Virus record (IMG/VR): IMGVR_UViG_3300009169_000026
Span: 1-58,058 of that record
Source: a virus
Lineage: Duplodnaviria; Caudoviricetes
Reading direction: 5' to 3' (one strand)
DNA length: 58,058 nt
Positions 46,373 to 56,707 of the stretch are shown piece after piece. Every line of letters begins with the position of its first letter. Positions within the stretch are counted from its first letter, which is position 1. The notes beneath the pieces were generated by a model that was not told where the DNA came from, did not search any database, and worked only from the letters and a program-made list of their open reading frames with translations. The translations under genes and the position numbers were made by a program.

Positions 46373-49300
46373 TTAGTACCTGGAGAACTCACCAACAAAC
46401 AACTGAAGCAGAATGGTATCTCTCAAGCCGCTTCTGTTGCTGTCTCCAAGATAGATATCGCTGAAGAGATATTCCATCTTTGGACGTTCGAGCATGTGAC
46501 TTTCGATGACATAGTTTGTGCCTATGAACTTCGTCTTGCGAGGGATGAGCTGCGCTATGAAGGTCCCGATGTTCGTATCAAACCACTTGTAGAACTCAAA
46601 GAAATTCTTAAGATTGATTTTGTCAGTCAGCCTGTTGAAATAGACGTTTCGCAGATTTTCAAGGTCAGGGTAGTCGCTAGAAAAGACAAGTTCGGGGTTA
46701 CCGATTGCATTGTCCAGGGCATCAAGAGTTGAGAAGATGTTAACCATATCCTGGTTAAGGGCATCGACGATCGAATAGTCGATCGTAAATCTGGCATTGT
46801 CCGTAGGGGACTCGGACTTGCGAAGCTCATGAACCGGTGCAGTCTCTGCCCAGGGAGAGTTGACTACGTTGTCATATTCCTGGAAGGAGCGAATGCGAAC
46901 CTTCTCCGTGGTGCTAGCTTCATCAAACTTTGGAGATATGTAGGTGTAGAAGAATCTCTCGGGCTGAATCACACTGCTTGTTAGTGGGAATCCAGAGCCA
47001 GACATATGCAAGCTGTTTTGAGAGTAGTCAAATAGGAATATACCGCCAGAGGCGTTAGAGGAGGTTGTTTCCTGGTCGGTGGTTACATCCATCCTGAGAC
47101 GCTCCCAAGAGCCTGACTTGTTTGTTACGAAGGAGAAGTTTGTCAAAGGATCCTGAACGCCCTTGGAGCGGAAGTCCCTGACGTGTTCTGGCCACTCTTT
47201 CTCGGTAAGGTCCTTTGACCAAAACCTAAGCTGTGTCACCCTTCCCTCAAAGGCTGTTGTTCTCGCCTCTAGTGATGAGGAAGCGGCTGCGTTTAGCAGA
47301 AAATCCGTTGACACGTTAAGGCTTTGAGAGCCAATGACCAAAAACGCCCCGCTGGAATTTACAGTGCTTTCAACTATGCCCCAAACAGGCTGGCCAGACC
47401 CAGAAAATTCATTGAAGTAGGATGATGTGGAGTGCGACTCAAGAATATCTCCATAGCTAGCCTTGGCTGCTCTCAAGAAGTAGGAAGCCGAAATTCCATT
47501 GCTTGCAGTTAGGGTTGGACTGTCGCTTCGTATGCGTCCTGCCGAAACATACCACTTGTCTCCGTCGAAAAGATCCACGCCCGTAAGAGCCAGGGCGAGG
47601 CTTGGGGAGCTTGCGGAGTTCGCAGGTCTAGTATGTAGTGTAAGGGTTTTTGCACCAGAAACTGCAACCACGTTAAGGGCCAGACCGTTGATGGCCGAGC
47701 TTCCGGTCGTGTGCAGTCGAAACAGGCTCTGTGATGCCCAAACAACGGTCGCTGGAGGAAACCTGTAGGTTCCTTCAATGGTGAAAGAGCCAGAGGTCAA
47801 GTAGTGGTCTGAAGCCGGGCCGCCGCCCCCAGCCAATGGATATCCAGGCTCAACCTTACTTGCCGATAGGAAAGAACCGGTCAGGAGCCCTCCACTGACA
47901 AAGTTCAGCATGGTGGAGATTTCACTTCTGCTATCCCTGGAGAAGTTCAGGGCGTGCTGGGTTGGGCCTCCGTATTCTCGGATTCGGAAGTTGTTGTCGG
48001 GGTCAATGCCGACGGCCCTTATGAAGGTCTTGATGCCGTGCATTGTTCCCTTGGAGCTGACGATATCTCGCAGGTTAACGAGAATCCTTCTCCAAATCTG
48101 GTTCTGTATGTACTGAAGGGTTTGTTGGTTCTTTCCGATACCGTCTTGAATGTTATCGGCATTTAGAAACTGTCCAATGCTGGACCCTACAAAGAGCGGT
48201 GGAAGCTCGATTCCCTGTGACCTGGCAAGCTGCTGAAGGAACTGGTCTGGGATGGTGTCTTCAATGTCATAGTCCACGAAGTTAATGTCTGCAAATGCCT
48301 GAGTGAACAGCTTCATCTCATCAAAGAATTTGGCCCAGGTATAGAGGAGCAGAAGAAGAACCTGTGTCGCTCCTAGCTTTGTTGAACGTGGGTCTGTTCC
48401 GGTAGAAAGCGCAGAAACAATTTCTCCCTCTTCTGTATCAAGAGCGTCTTCTTCCTGGCCTTCAATCAGATAGTGCTTCGGTATCAGTCTGGTAATGATG
48501 TTTGGGTTGGAGGCATCGTAGGAACTTGCCGACACCATTAACTGAGTCCTATATGCCGATACATCAGCATGAGAAGGAAACATGACCGGAGCCATGGCCA
48601 GTGTCTCATATGTCATGGGCGTCTCGCCAGACGCACTCAAAACCTGTCTCACTCCAAGAGTCATGGCAGAAGAAGCAAGTTTGCCGTGTAGCGAATTAGC
48701 AGACGCATCAATGACCAGATTGGAGGAGCTTCCAGAAATTTCATTGAATCTGTAGTACAGCTTGAGGTCGTCAGCAGCGTAGACTTCCTTACGCATACTT
48801 TCCCTAATTTCCTCTGGCTGCCGTATGGAGTGCCATATACGCAACTCATCCAAAGACCCCGACAGGGTATTGTCTGGTGCGAACGACCCAAGAGAACTTC
48901 CAGAGCCTATCAGAAGATCGCCCATTGCCGAAAACGTAGCAAATTCAACAGGCATTGAAGAGGAGGCGAAGTATCGCCCGTTAAGATAGGAGCTTACCTT
49001 GTAGTAGCCTGGGGTTCGATCCCAAATCCACGCAAAGTGGTTCCACTCTCCCTTGAGGAAGGTAGCTGTAAGGTCACTCGTGGAGCTACCAGAAACCAGC
49101 CTAAACGTTGTTGAGCCCGTCACTGCCGAGCCAGTAGATTCCAGCGTTACCATGAAACCCATTGAGCCGCTGTGCTTGTCGAGAATGATCTGGTTGTCGT
49201 TGGTTTGTGATGGTGCGAAGAACCAGTACTCAACCGTCATGGAGGAGTCTTCTGGATTGATTATGGTTGTGCCATCATGCCTTCTGGAAACAGATGGAAA

Positions 49301-49774
49301 AGCCGCACCGGCTATGTCCTTGGTGGTAACATAGGTTCCGCCAAAGGTCTCCCCGGCAGTCCCAGAAAAGAACAGGTACCCCTTATTTTTTGGATAGTTA
49401 TCGAAGACGTATTTCTCATACCCGGTAAGGGAGTCGATATAGGCCTCAACCTCCTTGTTCGTTCCGTCAAATGGAAAGGAGTTTTGAATCTTGTCAAAGG
49501 CTACGTTTACCTTCACCTGAGCAGAGTTAAAGAACGTATGGTTGGCAAACTGACTCCAATCAACATTCAACTGCTGTGTGCTCTTCAGGCCACTTCCGGG
49601 TAGATCATACTTGAAGGAGCCAGTCTCGCCGATGGTTGTATCCAAGTTCACCCCAGCCTGCACCAGGTTGAAAGTCACGGCACCCTGAGATTCGTTGCCA
49701 AGGGAACGAATTACGGATGGTTGAAAAAGTGATGGGACACTTTCCTTAAGGCTCTTTCTGCTATTGAATGTCAT
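46373..49774 (-). CDS. baseplate wedge-like protein with LamG-like domains
   Basis: IWRRILVNL..SKGT..I..IG wedge motif, LDELRIW, VIESHMLERPK. Confidence 0.78.
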   Translation of the reverse strand: MTFNSRKSLKESVPSLFQPSVIRSLGNESQGAVTFNLVQAGVNLDTTIGETGSFKYDLPGSGLKSTQQLNVDWSQFANHTFFNSAQVKVNVAFDKIQNSFPFDGTNKEVEAYIDSLTGYEKYVFDNYPKNKGYLFFSGTAGETFGGTYVTTKDIAGAAFPSVSRRHDGTTIINPEDSSMTVEYWFFAPSQTNDNQIILDKHSGSMGFMVTLESTGSAVTGSTTFRLVSGSSTSDLTATFLKGEWNHFAWIWDRTPGYYKVSSYLNGRYFASSSMPVEFATFSAMGDLLIGSGSSLGSFAPDNTLSGSLDELRIWHSIRQPEEIRESMRKEVYAADDLKLYYRFNEISGSSSNLVIDASANSLHGKLASSAMTLGVRQVLSASGETPMTYETLAMAPVMFPSHADVSAYRTQLMVSASSYDASNPNIITRLIPKHYLIEGQEEDALDTEEGEIVSALSTGTDPRSTKLGATQVLLLLLYTWAKFFDEMKLFTQAFADINFVDYDIEDTIPDQFLQQLARSQGIELPPLFVGSSIGQFLNADNIQDGIGKNQQTLQYIQNQIWRRILVNLRDIVSSKGTMHGIKTFIRAVGIDPDNNFRIREYGGPTQHALNFSRDSRSEISTMLNFVSGGLLTGSFLSASKVEPGYPLAGGGGPASDHYLTSGSFTIEGTYRFPPATVVWASQSLFRLHTTGSSAINGLALNVVAVSGAKTLTLHTRPANSASSPSLALALTGVDLFDGDKWYVSAGRIRSDSPTLTASNGISASYFLRAAKASYGDILESHSTSSYFNEFSGSGQPVWGIVESTVNSSGAFLVIGSQSLNVSTDFLLNAAASSSLEARTTAFEGRVTQLRFWSKDLTEKEWPEHVRDFRSKGVQDPLTNFSFVTNKSGSWERLRMDVTTDQETTSSNASGGIFLFDYSQNSLHMSGSGFPLTSSVIQPERFFYTYISPKFDEASTTEKVRIRSFQEYDNVVNSPWAETAPVHELRKSESPTDNARFTIDYSIVDALNQDMVNIFSTLDALDNAIGNPELVFSSDYPDLENLRNVYFNRLTDKINLKNFFEFYKWFDTNIGTFIAQLIPRKTKFIGTNYVIESHMLERPKMEYLFSDIYLGDSNRSGLRDTILLQLFVGEFSRY

Positions 49775-51360
49775 CAGGGCGTTACCTTGAATCTGAACCC
49801 GGCATTGCTAATGTGATAGTCCTGCTCGTTTTCAGTTATCATCAACTCAAATTCGTACACTTCGTTTGGATCTAGGTCAGACATGTAGAAGTCAAAGTAC
49901 ATTCCGTCTGCATCGGTAGAGCACAGGGTAGCCTCGGAGTCAAATGGAATAACCACATCCCTGGAAAAGGCCTTTAGAACTCGCCACTTTAGGTTTGTTA
50001 GAATCACCGACCTTGAAGCTGTCATTGTCCTGTACGGCTGCTGATCGGCGTCATAGTCCTGGACAAAGATTCTCAGTCTTGCGGTTTCCGAGTTCACATA
50101 CGTCTGCTTCAAGTTTGTTATGTTTGCCAACCAGTTTCTGTTGGCAACATTTGAAGAGATGGCTAGTGGCTTTCTAAACGTATACAGGCCACGAGCAAAC
50201 TGGTAGGAAAGGTCGGAGGAAAGAACTTCAAACCTAAACTGCTGAGAAAGAGCCCCGGTAAGGAAGTTGCTGACTGTGACGTTTGTAACAAGATTTATGT
50301 CTACGCTGGATGTGTAGATGCCAGTTTGACTGAGCCCATTCAGGACAAACTGAGACACATCAAAAGACTGTGTGATGACGTAGAGGCTTCTAGTCATGTG
50401 GTTGATGCTAGCGGAGTGAGATACGCTCCATGAGTTTGTCATGTGAGAAATACTCTTGGAGGCTATTAGGTGGAGGACGGCACAATTGGAACCCGTAACG
50501 GTTGAGGAACCGCTAACAAAGTTTGTCCGGGAGCCGTTCACTGTGTTGTAGAAGAAAAGCTGCTGTGCAGAGTTGAATTCCAGGTCACCAGAATCATCCT
50601 GAATGGAATCGTTGTACTTCACGATCAGCTTTGGGTGCAGTTCCTTGTTGGTGGTATGCCTTGACCCAAATCTTTTGACGAACCGAGTGGTGCTATCAAG
50701 CTCCTCGCCGTCTGAGAAGGAAAGTCTCCAGCCGTGGTTTGGTATCAGGCCAGCGAGGGTTGCGCTAGCAAGAGTCGTAACATCCACAAAAAGGTTTTCG
50801 TCGCCTCTCGTGAAAAACTGAGAGACGGTAAGATCCACAAGGCCAGACCCGAGATTTCCAGAGGTAATGATATCCAGGGTTGGATCACCGAGACTACCTG
50901 AGGTGCTAGCGCCCTGACTTGTCCATGTTTCCACAACGCCAGAAGAAATTGAGGAAGTGGAAAAGTTGCAAGCGTCTAGGTCCCTGAAGGATATAACATC
51001 ATAGCCTCGACCCTCACTCCACGATCTAGAGATGGGAGCGAGACGCAACGTAAAATTGGATGGCGTTGTCTGTCCACCATAGACATCCTTCAACTGAAGA
51101 TAGCACTTGAAAGACGGGTCTGACAGGTTTACCTTGCTGGCAGTTAGAGCAGCCAGAGGAGCCATGTCGAACTGTAGAAGGACTCTGGATTTCTCAAAAA
51201 CACCCGACAGGGAGGCTGTTGCGGAAATGAATGTTTCGTTGTACAGTTTGAACAGATCCAAGGTTCCAGCCTGCCCAACATTCGCATTAAGCGCCCGCTC
51301 TCCGGCAACAAATTTGTCGGTTATGTAAGTGTCCTTGCTGGCTGTCAGTAGTCTATACAT
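49774..51360 (-). CDS. virion structural protein
   Basis: ASKDTYI, SRVLLQFD, PKLIVKYNDS, DADGMYFD. Confidence 0.72.
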   Translation of the reverse strand: MYRLLTASKDTYITDKFVAGERALNANVGQAGTLDLFKLYNETFISATASLSGVFEKSRVLLQFDMAPLAALTASKVNLSDPSFKCYLQLKDVYGGQTTPSNFTLRLAPISRSWSEGRGYDVISFRDLDACNFSTSSISSGVVETWTSQGASTSGSLGDPTLDIITSGNLGSGLVDLTVSQFFTRGDENLFVDVTTLASATLAGLIPNHGWRLSFSDGEELDSTTRFVKRFGSRHTTNKELHPKLIVKYNDSIQDDSGDLEFNSAQQLFFYNTVNGSRTNFVSGSSTVTGSNCAVLHLIASKSISHMTNSWSVSHSASINHMTRSLYVITQSFDVSQFVLNGLSQTGIYTSSVDINLVTNVTVSNFLTGALSQQFRFEVLSSDLSYQFARGLYTFRKPLAISSNVANRNWLANITNLKQTYVNSETARLRIFVQDYDADQQPYRTMTASRSVILTNLKWRVLKAFSRDVVIPFDSEATLCSTDADGMYFDFYMSDLDPNEVYEFELMITENEQDYHISNAGFRFKVTP

Positions 51361-51391
51361 GTTGTCTTTGTTTCTTCAGAAGGTAGAGCAC

Positions 51392-53233
51392 TTAAACGGC
51401 AGTGCCAATGATGTCATTGTCCTTGAACTTGATCTCAAATACCGACCCTGGAGGTCCAAATAGAATTCCACGAAAGGTATTAGCAGGGATGTCATACTGC
51501 TCGGTACTGTAGCTTCTATTGCTGTTGTTTCCATACACGTTCTGTAGGCTTACGGAGACAACCGAAATAACACCCTGGGTGTTGTAGATTATGTTCTGTA
51601 TGTCTGCAAGTACGATCGGCTGGTCAATCTCGAAGTTCTTAACGTCAAAGTAGCTCTTGAGCTTCTGTAGTACGTTGCGTAGCACAAGCTGCCTATTCTG
51701 CATTGGATCTGTGACTATCTGAAACTGGACTTTAAGGTTGATTATTCTAGCGTCCAGAATGTCGATAGCGTCGGATATCATCCGGTATTGATTCAGATAG
51801 GAAGCAAGGTTCTTCTTGAGAGTGTCGGGCGCAATCACCAACTGGCTCTGTGCATTTCTACACACAACAAACAACTGTGAAGCCATTGGGTTGTTGGGGT
51901 TTGTCTGTAGGCTGGCCCTGTAAACACGTCCAAAGTTTGAAGGAAGGGTGTAAATGCGTGCCAGCAAATCCTCTTTTGAGGCAATGCGATTTTGAGCACC
52001 TGCAAATGCTGGTATCTTGGCCTTAAGCTGCTGAACCGTTGGAGCGTCCTCACCACCAGCAGCCCTTTTTTCGTTGACAACATCCAGCGAGTTGCGAACA
52101 AACTGCGCCACGGCTGAGGTTGGGTTATTTGGAAAGGATAGGTCTAGTACCGTTATGCTCCTAATGCTTCGTGGTTCAACGTTGTGCGACAACCCGCCAC
52201 CATAGCGGTACGTTACCGATACGCTGGTATTCGGGGCCAAGACGCCAAAGGTCGTGGTCTGTAGAAGGTTGCCAGGGTTTAAGGTAAACCTGGACAGCAC
52301 TTTCTTTCCGTACAGCGGCAGAGCAAACTCGCTGGGATCTGGAATGGCATCGTCGTTCAAGGTCTCTGCACTTCCACCGCCGAACGTCAGCGTTGTTAGC
52401 TTGGTATTTAGGCTTGTGTCTGTGATGAAACGATATGGAGCTGGTATTGGCACCAGATTCTCACTGACCATCTGATGGTCGGGAGCAATGTTTGTTACTG
52501 CCTTATAGACCGTATCTTGCGTGAGATAGTCAACCCGATGATATTCGTTTCCTACCGTATCCGTTACTCGTGTAACCTCTGTAACGTTCTCATTCGACAG
52601 GGTAAACTTCTTGAATGCCTTAAACGTTCCAACAGAAAATGATTCCGTAGCCCTAAAACCGGATATGCACACCCCGTTCAAAGACATAATGAAATTCGTT
52701 GGGTTGTTGTTCTGGTCACGGCTGCCAACGGTTATCGTGGCCTCCAGATCACCGTCACCATTTGTCCTTGTAAAGTCCAGGTTTTCGGTTAGCTGAAACT
52801 CTGTCCCGTTCTGGGCTTTCACAACCGTGCCCTCATAGATCATTGGCATTGCCGTTGGATCGGGTACTGGAGGGGAGGAGCCGGAAGCGGGAATCTTGAC
52901 GTAGAATGTGCAGTCAACAACTGCTGGTGCAGCTCCAACGATTGGAACACCAGCCTTCTTGAGATGCCTCTCGATGTTGTTGCTCTCGGTCGCCGTGTCA
53001 GGGAAGTTTTCGTGAAATTGATGGTCTAGGTAGAAAGACTGCACGTCGCCGACGTAGGCGGCCAAGTCCAAAAGCAACCCGCCAAGTCCAGCCTCCGAAA
53101 AGTCCTTTATCTGATCAGGGAAGTAAGTACGAGCATACTCTAGGAGGTCTGCCCTTAGCGCATTGAAATCCTTGTTAAGGTACTTGCGCTCCTTGATTGT
53201 TTTGAGGACCTGTTTTTTGCTATCTGTTGCCAT
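51392..53233 (-). CDS. baseplate wedge subunit (T4 gp6-like / baseplate J)
   Basis: YLNKDF..LR..L..YA..YFP..DFSE, AYVGD..SFYLD, AAGGED, QNRI. Confidence 0.9.
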   Translation of the reverse strand: MATDSKKQVLKTIKERKYLNKDFNALRADLLEYARTYFPDQIKDFSEAGLGGLLLDLAAYVGDVQSFYLDHQFHENFPDTATESNNIERHLKKAGVPIVGAAPAVVDCTFYVKIPASGSSPPVPDPTAMPMIYEGTVVKAQNGTEFQLTENLDFTRTNGDGDLEATITVGSRDQNNNPTNFIMSLNGVCISGFRATESFSVGTFKAFKKFTLSNENVTEVTRVTDTVGNEYHRVDYLTQDTVYKAVTNIAPDHQMVSENLVPIPAPYRFITDTSLNTKLTTLTFGGGSAETLNDDAIPDPSEFALPLYGKKVLSRFTLNPGNLLQTTTFGVLAPNTSVSVTYRYGGGLSHNVEPRSIRSITVLDLSFPNNPTSAVAQFVRNSLDVVNEKRAAGGEDAPTVQQLKAKIPAFAGAQNRIASKEDLLARIYTLPSNFGRVYRASLQTNPNNPMASQLFVVCRNAQSQLVIAPDTLKKNLASYLNQYRMISDAIDILDARIINLKVQFQIVTDPMQNRQLVLRNVLQKLKSYFDVKNFEIDQPIVLADIQNIIYNTQGVISVVSVSLQNVYGNNSNRSYSTEQYDIPANTFRGILFGPPGSVFEIKFKDNDIIGTAV

Positions 53234-53249
53234 GTTTAGTTGAATACCC

Positions 53250-53735
53250 TTAGATCACGAATAGTGTCATTTCCAAGATTTGTTCGGTTAGCTTTAGAGC
53301 CGGGACAGAGTAAAGCAGTGTAATTTTTATCCTACCAGTAAATACGTTCTCGTAATAGTTTGGGGAGGAGTCGTAGCCTATCATCGTAATGAAAGGCAAA
53401 TACTTGGATACTGCCGAGTTGATTCTTTGCATCACCTCTTGGTCAAAGTTGTCCTTGCTTGACCACTCCGTAAGCAAAGGACGTATGTTGGCCCCAAAGT
53501 CATATAGCCCCAGACGCTCGCCGTGATTTGTGAGAACTAGATTTCTCAGGTTGTCTGCCACCTGATCCTTCAGGGAAAAATGCATGGCAAAGACACTGTT
53601 CCCTGTTTCGTCGATTTCAAGCGGAGTCTTAATGCCTATTGGAACTGGAACAGCTCTTAGTTGACGAGCGGCCGTCCTGTCAACGTCCTTAACTCCCACA
53701 TCCTTAAAGCTAAGCATTGTATTCTTGGCTACCAT
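53250..53735 (-). CDS. baseplate gp25-like protein
   Basis: NLRNLVLTNHGERL..DFG. Confidence 0.88.
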   Translation of the reverse strand: MVAKNTMLSFKDVGVKDVDRTAARQLRAVPVPIGIKTPLEIDETGNSVFAMHFSLKDQVADNLRNLVLTNHGERLGLYDFGANIRPLLTEWSSKDNFDQEVMQRINSAVSKYLPFITMIGYDSSPNYYENVFTGRIKITLLYSVPALKLTEQILEMTLFVI

Positions 53736-53759
53736 CTACACCCTCGCCTGTTCTAAGTA

Positions 53760-54110
53760 TCAGCCTAAACGTGGTTTGAAATTTGCTAGAATACTTGGAT
53801 TTTGAACTGTCGCTGGCAAGGTCTCCGAATCAATGTGTGGACGGTACGTTAGAATTATGTTTGGATTGACAGTGATAGGTTTTCCATCCTCGTCCACGCC
53901 TGTATACGCCCCAGGAAATGTTAGCGATACCCATAACCTGGTCATCTCCTCCTCAACATGCCTGTCAATGGCCCTTGCAAGTCCATCGGCCATCCGATTT
54001 ATTTGCTCATTTGGGTCGGTGCTGCTGTCATTTCCAGCATTTGCTTCACCGTTCTTCTTTTCTTCAAGAAAAACCTGCCTAATTTCTTCTCTGAGATTCA
54101 TCCTCGACAT
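53760..54110 (-). CDS. hypothetical protein
   Basis: MSRMNL start after GGAG SD. Confidence 0.65.
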   Translation of the reverse strand: MSRMNLREEIRQVFLEEKKNGEANAGNDSSTDPNEQINRMADGLARAIDRHVEEEMTRLWVSLTFPGAYTGVDEDGKPITVNPNIILTYRPHIDSETLPATVQNPSILANFKPRLG

Positions 54111-54111
54111 A

Positions 54112-55812
54112 TTATTCTCCAAAAATCTTCTTTGAGGCAGCATCGTCAGGCTTGACGGTGTCTACCAAGTTCTTAACAGATTCTACCTTCAGAACTGTTT
54201 CAATGTTAGCCTGAATACCAGCCTGTATTAGAACGGGCATCGTGGACCACGGCACAGCCGTCGCAGATGAAAAGGCTGTTCTGTATGTCTCGGTGACGGA
54301 CTGAAGCTGGTCAGCCAGTTCCTTTATCTGCTTTTTCAACTCGTCAATGTGCGCCTTGTAGTAAGTGTATCTAATGTACGGCTCTTTCTCATCTTCTCCC
54401 CTACCGAGGATAATCCTCTTGGCCTCCTGCTGTAGGTCACCGTTTTCATCCATGTAAATGTAGGCAAGAGTCCCGTTGGACGTTTGTGCATCATTTGGAG
54501 ATGTTGCACTACTTGGCGTCCCGCCTCTTTCGGAAGTTGCCTTTGCTCCTTCACGGATTATCAGAACTGTTCCGTTTATCTGGGAGTCTTCGTCCATCCT
54601 TCCAATGAGACGAACATGATCAGCCTTTCCAACAACATAGGAACGGCCATAGGCACCATTCTCCGGTGGTTGTACCACCGGAATAGCCTCGGAAGGATAC
54701 TCAAGACCAACATCACCTACTCGTACCAGTCGATAGTTCTCGTCAACCCTACTCTGCTGTACCACATAGACTCGAGCAGCATCATATACCGGATCTGGAT
54801 CGCCCTCCCTAGGGTTGGCCAAGTTCTCACGGGCGCTCCTGTATGGATTCTTGTCGGTCTCCCTGCTATTTCTTGTATTCGTTGTAACGAGCGGAGAAGT
54901 GCTTGACTCCTGCGGTGGGTTGGCAGACGTAGAGCCCCCTCTAGGGCTCTCTCCGGGCTCTGGAAAGTACCTTCCACGACCGGCAACAATGTCGATGGCA
55001 CCAGCCTGCCTAGGAGCATTTCTCGCTCTGGCAATGTCAACTGGAGAATCCTGTAGGGCTCCCGAAATGGGTCCGTTCCTATCTTCTCCTATCATTATCA
55101 GGGCGTTGTTTGCGCCCTGCAAGACGAACTCCTGGGGCCTCTTTTTCCAGCGGGGCACAGGTTCGGGCGTTATGTATCTTCCAGCCTTTGAGGACTCAAA
55201 GATTGTCTGGTAGGGATTTTCTCCCATACTTCCAGATGGCTGTATCGTGAGGCTGTCTGCCGTGTTTCCACCATTCTGAAATCCAACGACAGGAGGTGAG
55301 GAGCTTCTCTTTGAGGTTTGTTCGGTAGAAAAGTTAGAAGGGTTTGATGTTGGGTCAAATCTTCTGTCATAGTGAGTGTAGTTTGGGTCTTCAACGGTCT
55401 GCTCACTATGAATTCGTGACAGCCAATAGCCTACCTTGGCCCCAGTGTTGGAGTAGTCCTCATAGAAAACGATAACCTGCTCTCCTGGCTGCACAGGTAA
55501 CATGATGTGAGACGACATCATTGGAAACAGTATTGTGTGAGCGGTGGGCCCTATTCCGCCCTGGTTGCTGACAATTCTGGCAATAACAGAACCAACTGGC
55601 ATCATGTCTACCAGCTCGGGATTGTCCACGAGACTGGCTACCTCATTCAGATATTCTTCACTCAGAAGAGAAGTGTCCATGATGACATCCACCACAACGG
55701 CCCTCTGAAAGGCCGGTCCCTCGCCCTGAGTAGCGAGCTGGCGAAACTGTCCTTCATTGGTTTGTCCAGCTTTGCCGAAGCGACGTGTAACTGTGGTTGT
55801 TATTCGGGCCAT
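54112..55812 (-). CDS. baseplate hub/spike (gp5/VgrG-like) protein
   Basis: PVQPGEQV..YW OB-fold motif, VLQGANNALI, position upstream of gp25/gp6. Confidence 0.65.
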   Translation of the reverse strand: MARITTTVTRRFGKAGQTNEGQFRQLATQGEGPAFQRAVVVDVIMDTSLLSEEYLNEVASLVDNPELVDMMPVGSVIARIVSNQGGIGPTAHTILFPMMSSHIMLPVQPGEQVIVFYEDYSNTGAKVGYWLSRIHSEQTVEDPNYTHYDRRFDPTSNPSNFSTEQTSKRSSSPPVVGFQNGGNTADSLTIQPSGSMGENPYQTIFESSKAGRYITPEPVPRWKKRPQEFVLQGANNALIMIGEDRNGPISGALQDSPVDIARARNAPRQAGAIDIVAGRGRYFPEPGESPRGGSTSANPPQESSTSPLVTTNTRNSRETDKNPYRSARENLANPREGDPDPVYDAARVYVVQQSRVDENYRLVRVGDVGLEYPSEAIPVVQPPENGAYGRSYVVGKADHVRLIGRMDEDSQINGTVLIIREGAKATSERGGTPSSATSPNDAQTSNGTLAYIYMDENGDLQQEAKRIILGRGEDEKEPYIRYTYYKAHIDELKKQIKELADQLQSVTETYRTAFSSATAVPWSTMPVLIQAGIQANIETVLKVESVKNLVDTVKPDDAASKKIFGE

Positions 55813-55888
55813 ATGAGATAGGTATATTCTATCTCACATTGTGAAACTTGGCTCTGTCAAACCTGGACCTCAGGCATGGGAGGCGTCT

Positions 55889-56704
55889 TTAGTTTGGTCT
55901 GCGTGCTCGTCGATATCTCTTGTTTGGGATGTGGTCTCGGTCTACATCCCAAAAAGAGTTGGCTGTGCCGCTACCTGAGTAAAACCGACCTACAGCTTGA
56001 TCATTATAGCCATAGTCCAGAATGACAATCCTTCCATCTGCTGTCTTACCAAAATGCTCTGCTCGATAAATGATGTCGGTAATGTCAAACCCGAAACTCA
56101 TTTGCATTTCTCGAATGCCGGTTATGAGCTTTTCACACAATGGCCTGTTGAAGCTTTCAAGCGCCTTCCTTGCCATTATACGCCAACTATTTCCGGTGTA
56201 GGCACCATAACTGTCTTGAAGATGCTCTACGGCCTCATCAAAACTTAAGCCACTATCTAGTGTGTACTTAAGAAGCTGTGCAAACGTAGCGTTTGGCAGT
56301 CCTGTTACTGAGTTCACATCAGACTTATCGCCGTCGAGTGGCTTGACAAGCTCTGAGATAATCCAACAATAACCCTCGTCGGCATCAAACACCTTGGCAA
56401 CAACGGGCTTGGTGTGTGGGTTGGTGGAAACGTCTACCTCGGTCTCATTCTGCACTATTCCAGCATCAATCATATCGTAGGCAATTTTCAGTACCTTGCC
56501 AGAAGATAGGGCATAGACAATTCTCGAGGACCCTTGACCCAACCTCTTGAGGTGTTCATGGGCATATTCCATCATCGTGTCTGGATGCGTTAGGGTTTTG
56601 AAGTAGTTCAGGTCAAACCCGCCACGCAGAGCTTCCGTCTGAAGCTCTTCCTCAACGAGACTCTCTATTAGAGAAAGCAAATGTCTATCTGCTGAAGACA
56701 CCAT
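55889..56704 (-). CDS. protein-kinase-like fold protein (paralog of 27825-28547)
   Basis: LGQGSSRIV, VLKIA, QNETE, VILDYG. Confidence 0.7.
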   Translation of the reverse strand: MVSSADRHLLSLIESLVEEELQTEALRGGFDLNYFKTLTHPDTMMEYAHEHLKRLGQGSSRIVYALSSGKVLKIAYDMIDAGIVQNETEVDVSTNPHTKPVVAKVFDADEGYCWIISELVKPLDGDKSDVNSVTGLPNATFAQLLKYTLDSGLSFDEAVEHLQDSYGAYTGNSWRIMARKALESFNRPLCEKLITGIREMQMSFGFDITDIIYRAEHFGKTADGRIVILDYGYNDQAVGRFYSGSGTANSFWDVDRDHIPNKRYRRARRPN

Positions 56705-56707
56705 GGC

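Noticed and set aside
55826-55861. TTGACA..TAGAAT promoter
   Set aside because: Spacer is about 23 nt, too long
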